Assembly: GCA_964487775.1 (NCBI GenBank)
Contig: CAZASH010000004.1
Coordinates: forward strand, 19,631-83,630
Reading direction: 5' to 3'
Source: an uncultured Ruminococcus sp.
Lineage (GTDB): Bacteria > Bacillota > Clostridia > Oscillospirales > CAG-382
DNA length: 64,000 nucleotides
The first letter of the stretch is position 1, and each line of letters begins with the position of its first letter. The notes under the pieces are model-generated. The model did not search any database and was not told the DNA's origin. It was given only the letters and a program-made list of their open reading frames with translations. The position numbers and the translations under genes are program-made. Positions 25,525 through 35,857 of this stretch are shown here, piece after piece.

Positions 25525-27076
25525 CTTTGGTTTTGCTCCTTTTTGTTTTGATAATGCTGTATATTATCGCCGCCACGATAGCCGCAGAGGCGGGATAAAG
25601 CACAAAATCTCCGATATACGAATAAACCGTGCGCTGCGACAGCAATTGTGCCTTGCCGACGATACATTCAAAGGTCTGTATGCCGCCCCTGTTTACAACG
25701 TTGCCTTTTTCGTCGATTATCGCTGAAACGCCGGTGTTGCCTGCCTGGACAAAATACCTGCCGCATTCGATGGCACGCAGCTTGGCGTGTCTGTAATGCT
25801 GTGAAACACCCGGCGAGACCTTAAACCAACTGTCGTTGGTGACAATAGTCATTATTTCTGCGCCCTCACGCACTTCGTCGAGCGAGAGAGAGGGGAATAT
25901 CGAGTCAAAGCACACGAGCGTGCCGACATCTGCGTTCGTGCATTCGAGCACCACAGCGCTCTCGCCCGCCTTGAGTGTCGAGCCCGACAGATTCATGCTC
26001 TTTAAAAACGGCATGACAGTCTCGAGCAGGTCGCCGTAGGGTATGTATTCGCCAAACGGCACGGGATGCCGCTTGTCATAAGGGCCGCTTATATCGCCGT
26101 CTGCGTTTATTGCCACGACACTGTTTGTCTTTGCGTCCTCGCTCTTGATCATGACACCTGCGACTATCGAAATATTCTCCTCGGAGGCGAACCTTTTATA
26201 AAGCTTACCGAGCGAATTGCTGCTTGTAAAGGACAAGGGAATGGCACTCTCGGGCATGACGACTATATCGGCACCGAGGCTTGCGGCATCTCTGACAAGG
26301 CCTGTATAGCGCTCTGTGATCTCGGTCAGCATGTCCTCCTGCCATTTTTCTTCCATTTTGACATTGCCCTGAACTGCGGCGACAGTGAGCTCGCCGTTTG
26401 ACACAGGCTCTGAAAAATACATTGCAGTGCCTAATGCAAGGTTTAAAAGCATGATCGATGCGCCCGAAACGGCAAACGCCTTTTTTCTGTCGACTATGGC
26501 GTATGCTATCATCGAGCAGCCGCCTATTATTACATAAGTAATAAAATATCCACCGAATACCCCTGAGGTCTGCAGCATTGGCAAAAATCCCGTCTGCGAC
26601 AGTGCCACCGTTCCCCACGGAAAAGCGAGCGTGCCTGATGCAATGACCAATTCCGCCAACATCCAGACACAGGGCAATATGCAGCACGCAAGCGCTTTGC
26701 TCTTGATAGGCTTCAAGAGCAGCATAACGGCAGAATGCAGCGCCGAGTGATAAAGCGGTATCAGGATGCACGCCGCTATAATAATAAATATCGCCTGACC
26801 CTTGGTAAAGTTGAATGATTCAAACGGGTAAAGCGACGATAAAAAGCTGTAGAGCACAAGATAAAATCCAAAAAAGAATGCTATGCAGTGACGGTAAAGG
26901 CGCTTTATTCTGCCGCCTGTAAAAAGCACGGCAAAAAAGCCTGTGAGCGCAAGATATGTGCAGGCAAAAAACTGCTCGGCAAGATAAGGCACCGAGTATA
27001 GCACTCCGAGGGCAAAGCAGGCGATGACAGAAACGCCTCGCCTTGCCATTATTTTGTTTATCTTTTGTTCTATCAT
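25508..27076 (-). CDS. lnt: apolipoprotein N-acyltransferase-like protein
   Basis: 522 aa with an N-terminal multi-TM region and a C-terminal CN-hydrolase domain. The E/K/C triad context is VVMPESAIP, YDKRHPVPFGEYIP, LVCFDSIF. Confidence 0.75.
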   Translation of the reverse strand: MIEQKINKIMARRGVSVIACFALGVLYSVPYLAEQFFACTYLALTGFFAVLFTGGRIKRLYRHCIAFFFGFYLVLYSFLSSLYPFESFNFTKGQAIFIIIAACILIPLYHSALHSAVMLLLKPIKSKALACCILPCVWMLAELVIASGTLAFPWGTVALSQTGFLPMLQTSGVFGGYFITYVIIGGCSMIAYAIVDRKKAFAVSGASIMLLNLALGTAMYFSEPVSNGELTVAAVQGNVKMEEKWQEDMLTEITERYTGLVRDAASLGADIVVMPESAIPLSFTSSNSLGKLYKRFASEENISIVAGVMIKSEDAKTNSVVAINADGDISGPYDKRHPVPFGEYIPYGDLLETVMPFLKSMNLSGSTLKAGESAVVLECTNADVGTLVCFDSIFPSLSLDEVREGAEIMTIVTNDSWFKVSPGVSQHYRHAKLRAIECGRYFVQAGNTGVSAIIDEKGNVVNRGGIQTFECIVGKAQLLSQRTVYSYIGDFVLYPASAAIVAAIIYSIIKTKRSKTKDDSQD

Positions 27077-27927
27077 AATTCTGAAAGCATTTTTTTGACC
27101 GCATCTGTCGCATATTCAAATGCGGCAAACGGGGTGTCAAAGTTGTGCTTGTGCTTGATGCTGTCTGCGGCAAGTGAGCCAAGACCGACAAAATCTGTCA
27201 GATGTGGCTCGATTGTAAGTATCATTTCGCCGTCAAACAGCCTGTCAAGTGTCGAAAGCACGTTTTTGATGTCGGCTCTGCCCTCGCCCGGGGGAACTAT
27301 GCAGCCGGGTTCGTCGCAGTCCTTGATATGGCAGTAGGTGATATAATCAGCCAGCAATTCGGGGGCGTGTCTGCCGTCGACGCCGCAATATGCAAAATTG
27401 CCCGGGTCGAGCACGGCACGAAGTTTGCCGCCGAAATGCTTCAGCATATCCAATTCTCTCTCGGGTGTTTCGCCGTATATGTCCTTTTCGTTCTCGTGGC
27501 AAAGCACAAATCCGCGCTTTTCGGCAAGCGTAACAAGGCGTGAGACTCTGTCGAATGCGCATTTCTTAAATTCTGCGTCTGTCATGCCGTCTGCGGGATA
27601 GAACGAAAACATACGAATGCGGTTGCAGGACAGCGCTTCGCCTATGTCCATTATGCGCTCTGCGAGCGCCATGTGCGCATCCATATCGTCATCGCATTTT
27701 ATCTTGCCCAGCGGACTGCCGAGCGCCGAAAGCTTTATGCCGTGCGCATCAAGCTTTGCTTTAACGCTCATTAACTCGCTGTTGTCAAGCATTGTAAAGC
27801 TCTTGCCGTCGACACCGCGCAATTCGAGCATATTAATGCCAAGCCTGTCAAGCGCCTCGAGCTGCTCGTCAAAATCAGGGCTTATTTCATCGGCGAACGC
27901 CGAGAGTATAAATTTTGCCATATCCAA
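27073..27927 (-). CDS. sugar phosphate isomerase/epimerase (xylose-isomerase-like TIM barrel)
   Basis: 284 aa with the pattern ...LELRGVDG...HENE...CHIKD...EP that is typical of AP-endonuclease-2/TIM-barrel family proteins. Confidence 0.7.
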   Translation of the reverse strand: MDMAKFILSAFADEISPDFDEQLEALDRLGINMLELRGVDGKSFTMLDNSELMSVKAKLDAHGIKLSALGSPLGKIKCDDDMDAHMALAERIMDIGEALSCNRIRMFSFYPADGMTDAEFKKCAFDRVSRLVTLAEKRGFVLCHENEKDIYGETPERELDMLKHFGGKLRAVLDPGNFAYCGVDGRHAPELLADYITYCHIKDCDEPGCIVPPGEGRADIKNVLSTLDRLFDGEMILTIEPHLTDFVGLGSLAADSIKHKHNFDTPFAAFEYATDAVKKMLSEL

Positions 27928-27952
27928 GCCTCTTTAATAATAATGAATAAAA

Positions 27953-28822
27953 TCAGTCTGTTTCTTTGATCTCTGCCTCTATGCCCATGACCTTGCCGCC
28001 TTCGAAATAGCCGGTATAGGATTTGCCCGAGGCGAATGTATATTTGCCCTTTGCGCCGTGAACATACGTGCCGTCGGCGTTGGTGACAAAATTGCCATCG
28101 GCGTCAAGCGTGCGAGTGTCTATAAGACCGCTGACAAAATTGCCGTCATATCTCTCGCCGTCGCTCCAGACATAAGAGCCCTCGCCGTGACGCATATCGT
28201 TGCTGAAAAACCCGCGATATATGTCGCCGTTTGCATAATGCAGCGTGCCTTGTCCGCTCTTGACGTCGTCGGCAAAATAGCCCTCGTATTTTGCATAAGT
28301 GCCGTCGGATTTTGCTGCCCAGGTATAAACGCCGTAGCCGCTCTTGACGCCCGAGATAAAGCTGCCCTCATAGGTGCTGCCGTCGGCATAGGTCATCACG
28401 CCTGTGCCCTCGTACTTGTTGTCCTTGAACGTGCCCTGATAAACGTCGCCGCCTGCATATGTGAATACGCCGGTGCCGCTTATCTTGTCGTTTGAAAAAT
28501 ATCCGACATAAACGTCGCCTGTTGCGGCGTATTGCATCGTGCCATAGCCGTGGCGGCACAGACCCTTTATCTCGCCGATATATTTATCGCCGTTCGAAAA
28601 GACTATCGTGCCTGCCTCGTAATCGAGCACTCCTGTTTCTCCCGAGGGATAGTTGATAGTGCCCTTGACCGCCTGACCGTCGACCGCTCTGCCTATAAAC
28701 CTCATGCCCTCGTCGTCGGTTATCAATGCATAGCCGAGCGCAGAGAGCGCAACGAAAAGCACTATCACGCAGACGAGCGCGGCAGCGGCGATATAGATTA
28801 TCGGTCTGACAATTTTGTTCAT
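27953..28822 (-). CDS. MORN-repeat protein with N-terminal membrane anchor
   Basis: 289 aa with the TM IIYIAAAALVCVIVLFVALSALGYAL, followed by about 8 repeats of Y.G.F..(D/N)...G.G....(A/D)G..Y.G. Confidence 0.8.
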   Translation of the reverse strand: MNKIVRPIIYIAAAALVCVIVLFVALSALGYALITDDEGMRFIGRAVDGQAVKGTINYPSGETGVLDYEAGTIVFSNGDKYIGEIKGLCRHGYGTMQYAATGDVYVGYFSNDKISGTGVFTYAGGDVYQGTFKDNKYEGTGVMTYADGSTYEGSFISGVKSGYGVYTWAAKSDGTYAKYEGYFADDVKSGQGTLHYANGDIYRGFFSNDMRHGEGSYVWSDGERYDGNFVSGLIDTRTLDADGNFVTNADGTYVHGAKGKYTFASGKSYTGYFEGGKVMGIEAEIKETD

Positions 28823-28828
28823 AGCGTT

Positions 28829-29266
28829 TTATCTCCCGGTATTTACGTCTTCCAAAAGACTGCCCAAAGCGTTCTCAAACACGGGCACGAGCGCGGTTGC
28901 GAGCGCTGCGACCACAGCGATGGCAACCAGCATCAGTACGGTTTTGAGAATGAGGTGCTGCTCTTTTGCATAGAACGCCTTTGCCGCTTCCTTGCGCTCG
29001 GGAACTATATAATATCTGCCCTCGGGCGTCAAGGCAACAGTCTTGCCAAACATACCGCTCTTGCCGATCGACTGCTCGACCGCACGGCTTGGCGGACAGG
29101 CGAGCCTCGATGCATCTATGGCGTTGGCTTCGCCGACCGCATCTATCTCAAGCAACGCACTGACAAATCCGCTGAATGTCTTCTGCGTTATTGCAGAATA
29201 AATCGTTCCGACCGCAAAGGCTGCGGCGATGACCCAAATTATTGAAGTAGGATTCATTAAAAACAC
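28829..29266 (-). CDS. hypothetical two-TM membrane protein
   Basis: 145 aa with terminal hydrophobic helices. It lies 6 nt upstream of the MORN gene. Confidence 0.45.
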   Translation of the reverse strand: MFLMNPTSIIWVIAAAFAVGTIYSAITQKTFSGFVSALLEIDAVGEANAIDASRLACPPSRAVEQSIGKSGMFGKTVALTPEGRYYIVPERKEAAKAFYAKEQHLILKTVLMLVAIAVVAALATALVPVFENALGSLLEDVNTGR

Positions 29267-29327
29267 CTCTTAATAGACCGCTTGTGGAAAACTGAAAATG
29301 GCTGATAATTATAAAATTACAGACGAA

Positions 29328-30614
29328 TTATTTGCGGCAGACGATCTTTTCTTGTCCGCCCATATAAGGACGCAGTGCGACGGGAATATTGACCGAGCCG
29401 TCTGCATTCAGATTGTTCTCAAGGAACGCAATGAGCATACGCGGAGGCGCAACCACCGTGTTGTTGAGCGTGTTTGCGAGATAGTTGCCGTCCTCGCCTC
29501 TGACACGTATCTTGAGTCGTCTTGCCTGAGCATCACCGAGGTTCGAGCAAGAGCAGACCTCAAAATACTTTTGCTGTCTGGGGCTCCACGCCTCTATGTC
29601 GCAGGACTTGACCTTGAGGTCGGCAAGGTCGCCCGAGCAGCACTCGAGCTGACGAACGGGAATGTCGAGCGATCTGAAAAGCTCAACGCTCATGCGCCAC
29701 ATCTTTTCATACCAATCCATAGCATCCTCGGGCTTGCAGATGACGATCATCTCCTGCTTTTCAAACTGATGTATGCGATAAACGCCGCGCTCCTCTATGC
29801 CGTGCGCACCCTTCTCTTTTCTGAAGCAGGGCGAATAGCTGGTGAGCGTGATGGGCAGTTGATCTTCAGAAATAACTCTGTCGATAAATCTGCCTATCAT
29901 AGAGTGCTCGCTTGTGCCTATGAGATAGAGGTCCTCGCCCTCGATCTTGTACATCATAGCGTCCATTTCTGCGAACGACATGACGCCTGCCGCAACCTCG
30001 CTGCGGATCATGAACGGGGGAACACAATAAGTAAAGCCCTTGTTGATCATAAAATCACGAGCATACGAAAGTATTGAGCTGTGCAGTCTTGCTATGTCGC
30101 CCGTGAGATAATAAAAGCCGTTGCCTGCAACTCTGCGTGCGGAATCGAGATCGATGCCGTCGAGCGACTCCATTATATCTGTGTGATAGGGGATATCGAA
30201 ATCGGGTGTAACAGGCTCGCCGAAGCGTGCGACCTCGACGTTCTCAGAGTCGTCCTTGCCGATGGGCACAGACGGATCAATGATGTTGGGCAAGGTCATG
30301 AGAATTGCGGTGATGCGCTCAGGCAGTTCTTTCTCAAGCGATGCAAGCTCGTCAAGCCTTGCGTTGATCTCTTTGACGCGGTTCTTGCACTCCTCTGCCT
30401 CGTCCTTTTTGCCTGCCGCCATGAGTGCGCCTATCTGCTTTGAAACACGGTTCTTTTCGGCTCTTAAGTCGTTGCCCTCCTGCTCGGCGGCGCGCTTGCG
30501 CTCGTCAAGCTCGATGACCTCGTCAACCAGCGGCAATTTTTGATCCTGGAATTTATTGCGAATGTTCTGTTTAACTACCTCGGGATTTGCTCTGACAAAT
30601 TTGATATCAAGCAT
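29328..30614 (-). CDS. serS: serine--tRNA ligase
   Basis: 428 aa with an N-terminal coiled-coil arm (MLDIKFVRANPE...) and class II motifs (FRKEKGAHG..ERGVYRIHQF, NNTVVAPPRMLIAFLEN). Confidence 0.95.
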   Translation of the reverse strand: MLDIKFVRANPEVVKQNIRNKFQDQKLPLVDEVIELDERKRAAEQEGNDLRAEKNRVSKQIGALMAAGKKDEAEECKNRVKEINARLDELASLEKELPERITAILMTLPNIIDPSVPIGKDDSENVEVARFGEPVTPDFDIPYHTDIMESLDGIDLDSARRVAGNGFYYLTGDIARLHSSILSYARDFMINKGFTYCVPPFMIRSEVAAGVMSFAEMDAMMYKIEGEDLYLIGTSEHSMIGRFIDRVISEDQLPITLTSYSPCFRKEKGAHGIEERGVYRIHQFEKQEMIVICKPEDAMDWYEKMWRMSVELFRSLDIPVRQLECCSGDLADLKVKSCDIEAWSPRQQKYFEVCSCSNLGDAQARRLKIRVRGEDGNYLANTLNNTVVAPPRMLIAFLENNLNADGSVNIPVALRPYMGGQEKIVCRK

Positions 30615-30649
30615 GATTGATTACCTCTTTATATAATAGAATAAATTAT

Positions 30650-31546
30650 TTACTGGTTGTCGGCTTCAAAAAAGCCGTCGCCGCATATTGATTTGATCAG
30701 CGTTTCGAGATCGTCTGTGCCCGAATAAGCAAGCGAGATAACTCCGCTGCCGTCGGATTTGCGCTTTATCGAAACATGTCTGCCGAGCGTGTCACCTGCT
30801 CGGCTCTCGAGCCTGCGATAATATGATGCCGTGACTGGCGACTGTGCAGGCGCTCTGACGACTGTCTTTGCCGACTGCATTATCTTGACGAGCTGCTCTG
30901 TCTGTCTGACAGACAAATGCTCTTTGATGACCCTCTCGGCGGTCGAAATAATATCATTTTCCGAAAGCGTATCGCAAAGCGGCACCAAGGTGCGCGCGTG
31001 TCCGTAGCTGAGCGAGCCGTCAGAAACATAGTCTCTGACCTTCTGCGGCAATTTGAGTATGCGCAGAATATTTGCGACTGCGGCACGTGATTTGCCGACA
31101 CGCTCTGCCGCCTGCTCCTGTGTGAGCCCATAGGTCTGCATGAGCGATCTATAGCCCTCTGCCTCTTCGATGGGGTTGAGGTTCTCACGCTGCAGGTTCT
31201 CTATCAAAGAGATCTCGGCTGCCGTCTTTTCGTCGACGTCCTTTATCACGCAAGGGACCTCGATGAGCCCCGCCATTCTTGCCGCACGCCAGCGCCTCTC
31301 GCCTGCGATTATCTCATAAAAGCCGCCTGCGACAGGTCTGACCGCTATCGGCTGAACTATGCCGTGCAGGGCGATCGATTCGCTCAGCTCACGCAAAGCC
31401 TCCTGATCAAACTCCTTGCGTGCCTGCAACGGATTAGGCTCTATGTCGGCGAGCTTCAGCATCATTACACCGCCCGATGAGGTCTCAACGGCGTTATCAT
31501 AGAGCAAAGCATCGAGACCTCTGCCCAAGCCTTTTTTTGCACTCAT
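30650..31546 (-). CDS. parB: ParB/Spo0J-family chromosome partitioning protein
   Basis: 298 aa with GLGRGLDALL, ParB box IIAGERRWRAA and an HTH (TQEQAAERVGKSRAAVANILRIL). Confidence 0.9.
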   Translation of the reverse strand: MSAKKGLGRGLDALLYDNAVETSSGGVMMLKLADIEPNPLQARKEFDQEALRELSESIALHGIVQPIAVRPVAGGFYEIIAGERRWRAARMAGLIEVPCVIKDVDEKTAAEISLIENLQRENLNPIEEAEGYRSLMQTYGLTQEQAAERVGKSRAAVANILRILKLPQKVRDYVSDGSLSYGHARTLVPLCDTLSENDIISTAERVIKEHLSVRQTEQLVKIMQSAKTVVRAPAQSPVTASYYRRLESRAGDTLGRHVSIKRKSDGSGVISLAYSGTDDLETLIKSICGDGFFEADNQ

Positions 31547-32316
31547 TTTGCACCTCCGCAGCGTTTGTCTATCTCTCTTGCAGCCATGGCGAACGCCAAG
31601 GCACCCTTTGAATTGCGGTCGTATTCGATGACCGGCAGACCGTAGCTCGGCGACTCACTTATTCTGACATTGCGAGGTATGGGCGTTGAGATCAGCTTGT
31701 CCTTGAAATGATGCTTGATCTCCTCCATGACCTGCAGTGAAAGGTTGAGCCTGCCGTCATACATGTTGATGAGCACTCCGACGAGCGCAAGCGACGGATT
31801 ATAAAGCTTGTTTATCTGCTTGAGTGTCTGAGTGAGCTGCGAAAGCCCCTCGAGCGAAAAATATTCGCACAGCACGGGAATGACCACGCCGTCCGAAGCG
31901 ACGAGCGCGTTGACGGTCAATAAGCCGAGAGAGGGGGGACAGTCGATGATTATATAATCAAACTGATCTCTGATCGCCTCTAATGCGTCTCTCAGCCTGT
32001 ATTCGCGCCTGTCCTGATCGACCAGCTCGAGCTCTGCACCGACCAGCATCATGCCCGACGGTATCAGATATAAATTATTGACTTTTGTTTTTGCGGCAGC
32101 GTTCATAGCGTCCGACCTGCCTATGAGCACGTCATAGACGGTGTCTCCGCCGCATCTTTTGCTTATGCCGAGCCCCGACGTAAGGTTGCCCTGCGGATCG
32201 CTGTCGACACACAGCACTTTTTTGCCGCCTCTTGCAAGACAAGCGGCTATATTCAAGGCGCAGGATGTCTTGCCCACGCCGCCTTTTTGATTGGCAAAGG
32301 TGATGATTTTTATCAT
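31543..32316 (-). CDS. parA: ParA/Soj-family partition ATPase
   Basis: Start is ATG 32316 (MIKIITFANQKGGVGKT, deviant Walker A). The 120-aa N-terminal extension in the track ORF is antisense to the neighbouring gene and was rejected. Confidence 0.9.
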   Translation of the reverse strand: MIKIITFANQKGGVGKTSCALNIAACLARGGKKVLCVDSDPQGNLTSGLGISKRCGGDTVYDVLIGRSDAMNAAAKTKVNNLYLIPSGMMLVGAELELVDQDRREYRLRDALEAIRDQFDYIIIDCPPSLGLLTVNALVASDGVVIPVLCEYFSLEGLSQLTQTLKQINKLYNPSLALVGVLINMYDGRLNLSLQVMEEIKHHFKDKLISTPIPRNVRISESPSYGLPVIEYDRNSKGALAFAMAAREIDKRCGGAK

Positions 32317-32390
32317 TCGACGACACTTCCCCTGTTTAATATTGCTATTATAACAAAAAATTATTTGTATGTCAACCGAAACATATCGCC

Positions 32391-32419
32391 TTGACAAGCC
32401 GTAAAAGCAATTGTATAAT
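32391..32419 (+). promoter_or_regulatory. sigma-A promoter (perfect consensus) of the phosphoesterase-cohesin bicistron
   Basis: TTGACA (32391-96), a 17-nt spacer, then TATAAT (32414-19). Confidence 0.7.
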
Positions 32420-32461
32420 ATAACATATAGGTTAATTAATTCTTTAATTGTGGAGGCTTTT

Positions 32462-35400
32462 ATGTTCAGAAGGATCGTTGCACTGCTGCTCGCCATGACG
32501 TTTTTGACGTCAGCCGTTTTGCTTGTCACCGCAGGCTCGCAGGATAAGCCTGTCATCGGCGGCGTATATCTGCTCGATGCAAGAGATGCCGACAGCGCCG
32601 AAATAAATGGCACAGCGCTTGAATTTGCAAAGCCGTCAGATACAGACATAACCGTCACCATAGTGTGCAGCGGCATAGATTATCAAAACAACGTCGTCAT
32701 GCTCGGCGGCAAGAATATAGGCGTGCTTTCTAACGGCGAGAATGTTTTTGCGTTGAATGCATCAGAGCTTGGCACAGACAGCGAATTGCTCGTTGTTCTA
32801 TACCCCGGCTCTCCCTCGTCTGTTCCCGAAGCGGCAGAGAAGGTCTATGGCACATATAATATCGACGATATGGTCGTCACGTCTGTCACGGTCAAGGTCG
32901 GACATTCCGATGCGGTATCGCCGAGCGGAGTGAACAAATATATGCCCATAGTCGGCTCGGCAGGCACCACCACGGTGCAGAGCGCATATTCCGCCTCGAT
33001 AGCTGTCGGCGACGGCTGGAACGCCTCGACAAATCAGGGCGGCAGCACTCCCGACGTGCCTATAAAGTTGGGATATACATTCAAAGACACCAATTTTAAG
33101 ACCAATGCTTTTTTGATCGATACCACAAAGCTTGCCGACGGCGAATATGACGTCGTTATGAAAAAGGGCGGCAAGACAGCCTATACCGTTCCTGTTGTCG
33201 TCGACAATACCGCACCCTCGATAACCATCGCCTGTGCCGAGGGCGTGATAAGCTATACGGCGATAGACAGATCAAAATGCACCGCAAAGGCCTGGATAGA
33301 CGGCGAAGCGGTCTATCGCACGAGCTATGAATTTGAGTCGCTAACAGTCGGTGAGCATTGCCTTTATGTCGTCGCGACAGACTCGTGCGGCAATTGTGCT
33401 TCAAAGACATATCTTTTCACTGTCACTCACGAAGAACCTGCGCAGGATACATACTATTGCAGAGGTGACAGCGCCACAAAGATCAACGCATACGGCAACA
33501 GATTGGGCGAGATTGGCATGAGCGGACTGCGCAGCGACAGCGAGGTGCTGATACCGCTCACCGGCACAGTCACCGAATCTGTCGGCAATTCGGTGCCTTA
33601 TCAGTCATTTGTCATCGAAACAGGCGACAGCGAGCAGGCGATAGTCACTTATACGGGCGAAGTATCGGGCGCTTCGATGATAGAGCTCTCGGTCTATGAC
33701 CGTACAGAGCAAAAGTGGGTTGCGATAGGCTATGCCGCAAGTGGCGTAGAAAGCTCGTTTATAGTCGACACCAAAAACCGCACCGAAAACGGACTTTTGC
33801 GTGTCAGAGCTATGCCGTATCTCGTCGGCAACGGATCTGATACGGTGGCTTGGATATCCGACACGCAATATATGGCCTCGTTCGAGGACTTGAACTACCT
33901 CTATGAGGGCGCAATGAATTATTGCAAAGAGCAATATCAAAACAACAACCTGTCATATGTTCTGCACACCGGTGACCTCGTCGACAACACGATATACGGT
34001 GACGATTTGGCACACAAGGAGTTTGCCTTTGCCTCGCATATGCAGCAGATACTCGACGATGCGGGCGTTCCCAACGGTGTCGTCAGCGGCAACCACGACG
34101 TCTGCCATAAGGATGCGGATTATAAATACTATTCAAAATATTTCGGCGCAGAAAGATATCTGGGCACTCCCTGGTACGGCGGACAGATCAAAAACAACAC
34201 GTCGCATTATGACCTCGTGACTGTCGGCGGCTATGATTTTATCTTTTTGTTCCTCGGCTGCTATGACGAAGCAGGCGACGACGTGATAGCCTGGGCTGAT
34301 GCGGTGCTCAAAAAATACAGCGACCGCAACGCAGTCATCTGCACTCACGAATACCTGCTCTGGTCGGGACATTTCAGCGGCAGCAGAGCGCCTGTCATTT
34401 GGGATAAGCTCGTCGTTCCAAACGAAAATGTCAAGATGGTACTGTGCGGCCACAACGAGGGCGTTTGCAATCAGTGGCGCAAGGTCGAGGGTACAGACAG
34501 AATGGTCTATGAGATGCTCGCCGATTATCAGTTTGCAGAGCTTGGCAACGATGTTCAGCACGTCGTCAACAACTGCACCTGCGACGGCGAGGGATTTATA
34601 AGGCTGCTGTCGTTTGACAGCGACGGAATGATGAATGTCGTCACATATTCTCCTGCTCTCAATGACTATGATTATTATGCATCGTATCTCGACTCGTTCA
34701 GTGTCAAGCTCGAGCTGATACAGCCTAAAAGGTCTATCAAGACCACCGACATCAGAGTCGGTGTCAATATCACAGAAACGCAGACCTCTGACGGCAATGC
34801 CGACGTTAATATAGTCGTCAACGAGGATGGCTCTGTCAGGTCGGCAAGATACACCTCAAAAGAGAAATTTGAATACCCCACAGAGCCCGACGACAGAGAT
34901 TATTCTCCCATCGAGGTGATAAGCCGCGGAGAGGGCTATCAGGGCTATAAAGGTGTCGCGCCGACGCTCAGATTTGGTATTTCGGGCGATTATTCACAGC
35001 TTGAATACCTCACAAAGCTCGACTTGGTGCCAAAAACCTTGTCAAGATCGTCAGGTAGCGCCGATTATCTCTTGACAAAATCCGATCATGGTATTAATAT
35101 AACATATAGTGCAGATTCGTTGTCGTGGACGACCTTGCGTGGCAACGTCTCGACGGCAGGCACTGACTTAAGCAAATACAGCAGGCTTTATTTCTCGGTG
35201 ACACCGAGCAGTATGTCGGCAAAATGGAATATGCTGATCTACATCGACGGCAAAGAGATCGGTCTGTCGCAGGTGCTTTATGAGAATTTCGGCTTTGATA
35301 CGTCGAATGTTCCCAGCGATATCACGGGCGCATGGTCGGGTTATATCGACCTTTCGGACTATCTCAAGAGCACATCGCGCATAACCGCCGTTGCGTTTGT

Positions 35401-35857
35401 CGCCGCATCAGAGAAATATGACTATTCGTTTGATTATCTCTTCTTGGCATCTGCCGACGAGAGTGACGAGCTTACCTGCGTTGTCGACAGCGACCGCATT
35501 TTTACCGTCACAGGCAAAAAGGGTGACAAATTCACGACCGACACGATTCCGTATCGACCCGGCTATGTCTTTAAGGGCTGGTTCGCAGATGCAGAGTGTA
35601 CAACCGTGGCATCGCTCTCGTCTGTCGGCACTGTCTATGCGGGCTATGACGAGGCGGAGGTGAGGCTTGTCAATGCTTATTATTCAGACGAGGTCACGCT
35701 CGTGGGCGAGACAAAGATCTCGAGCGCAGTCGGCTCTGAATTATATGCGACCGTCGCCGTGCTGTTTGTGCTGGCGGTCATCGCAGTGGCTGTGCTGCTT
35801 GGCAAAAAAATAAAAAATAAAAATAAAAATCTATATCAAGAGGAAAATTCACAATGA
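32462..35857 (+). CDS. large cell-surface metallophosphoesterase (YvnB-like) with Ig-like modules, Flg_new repeat and C-terminal membrane anchor
   Basis: Start is ATG 32462 (SD GGAGG), with signal peptide MFRRIVALLLAMTFLTSAVLLVTAG. Calcineurin-like motifs are ISDTQY, HTGDLVDN, SGNHD, CTHEY, CGHNEG. It also has GYVFKGWFADAECT and the C-terminal TM VAVLFVLAVIAVAVLLG plus KKIKNKNK. Confidence 0.8.
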   Translation: MFRRIVALLLAMTFLTSAVLLVTAGSQDKPVIGGVYLLDARDADSAEINGTALEFAKPSDTDITVTIVCSGIDYQNNVVMLGGKNIGVLSNGENVFALNASELGTDSELLVVLYPGSPSSVPEAAEKVYGTYNIDDMVVTSVTVKVGHSDAVSPSGVNKYMPIVGSAGTTTVQSAYSASIAVGDGWNASTNQGGSTPDVPIKLGYTFKDTNFKTNAFLIDTTKLADGEYDVVMKKGGKTAYTVPVVVDNTAPSITIACAEGVISYTAIDRSKCTAKAWIDGEAVYRTSYEFESLTVGEHCLYVVATDSCGNCASKTYLFTVTHEEPAQDTYYCRGDSATKINAYGNRLGEIGMSGLRSDSEVLIPLTGTVTESVGNSVPYQSFVIETGDSEQAIVTYTGEVSGASMIELSVYDRTEQKWVAIGYAASGVESSFIVDTKNRTENGLLRVRAMPYLVGNGSDTVAWISDTQYMASFEDLNYLYEGAMNYCKEQYQNNNLSYVLHTGDLVDNTIYGDDLAHKEFAFASHMQQILDDAGVPNGVVSGNHDVCHKDADYKYYSKYFGAERYLGTPWYGGQIKNNTSHYDLVTVGGYDFIFLFLGCYDEAGDDVIAWADAVLKKYSDRNAVICTHEYLLWSGHFSGSRAPVIWDKLVVPNENVKMVLCGHNEGVCNQWRKVEGTDRMVYEMLADYQFAELGNDVQHVVNNCTCDGEGFIRLLSFDSDGMMNVVTYSPALNDYDYYASYLDSFSVKLELIQPKRSIKTTDIRVGVNITETQTSDGNADVNIVVNEDGSVRSARYTSKEKFEYPTEPDDRDYSPIEVISRGEGYQGYKGVAPTLRFGISGDYSQLEYLTKLDLVPKTLSRSSGSADYLLTKSDHGINITYSADSLSWTTLRGNVSTAGTDLSKYSRLYFSVTPSSMSAKWNMLIYIDGKEIGLSQVLYENFGFDTSNVPSDITGAWSGYIDLSDYLKSTSRITAVAFVAASEKYDYSFDYLFLASADESDELTCVVDSDRIFTVTGKKGDKFTTDTIPYRPGYVFKGWFADAECTTVASLSSVGTVYAGYDEAEVRLVNAYYSDEVTLVGETKISSAVGSELYATVAVLFVLAVIAVAVLLGKKIKNKNKNLYQEENSQ

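Noticed and set aside
31543-32676. 120-aa N-terminal extension of ParA in the track ORF
   Set aside because: The Walker-A N-terminus MIKIITFANQKGGVGKT, with its own SD, marks the normal ParA start at 32316. The extension is antisense to the promoter and 5' end of the neighbouring gene.
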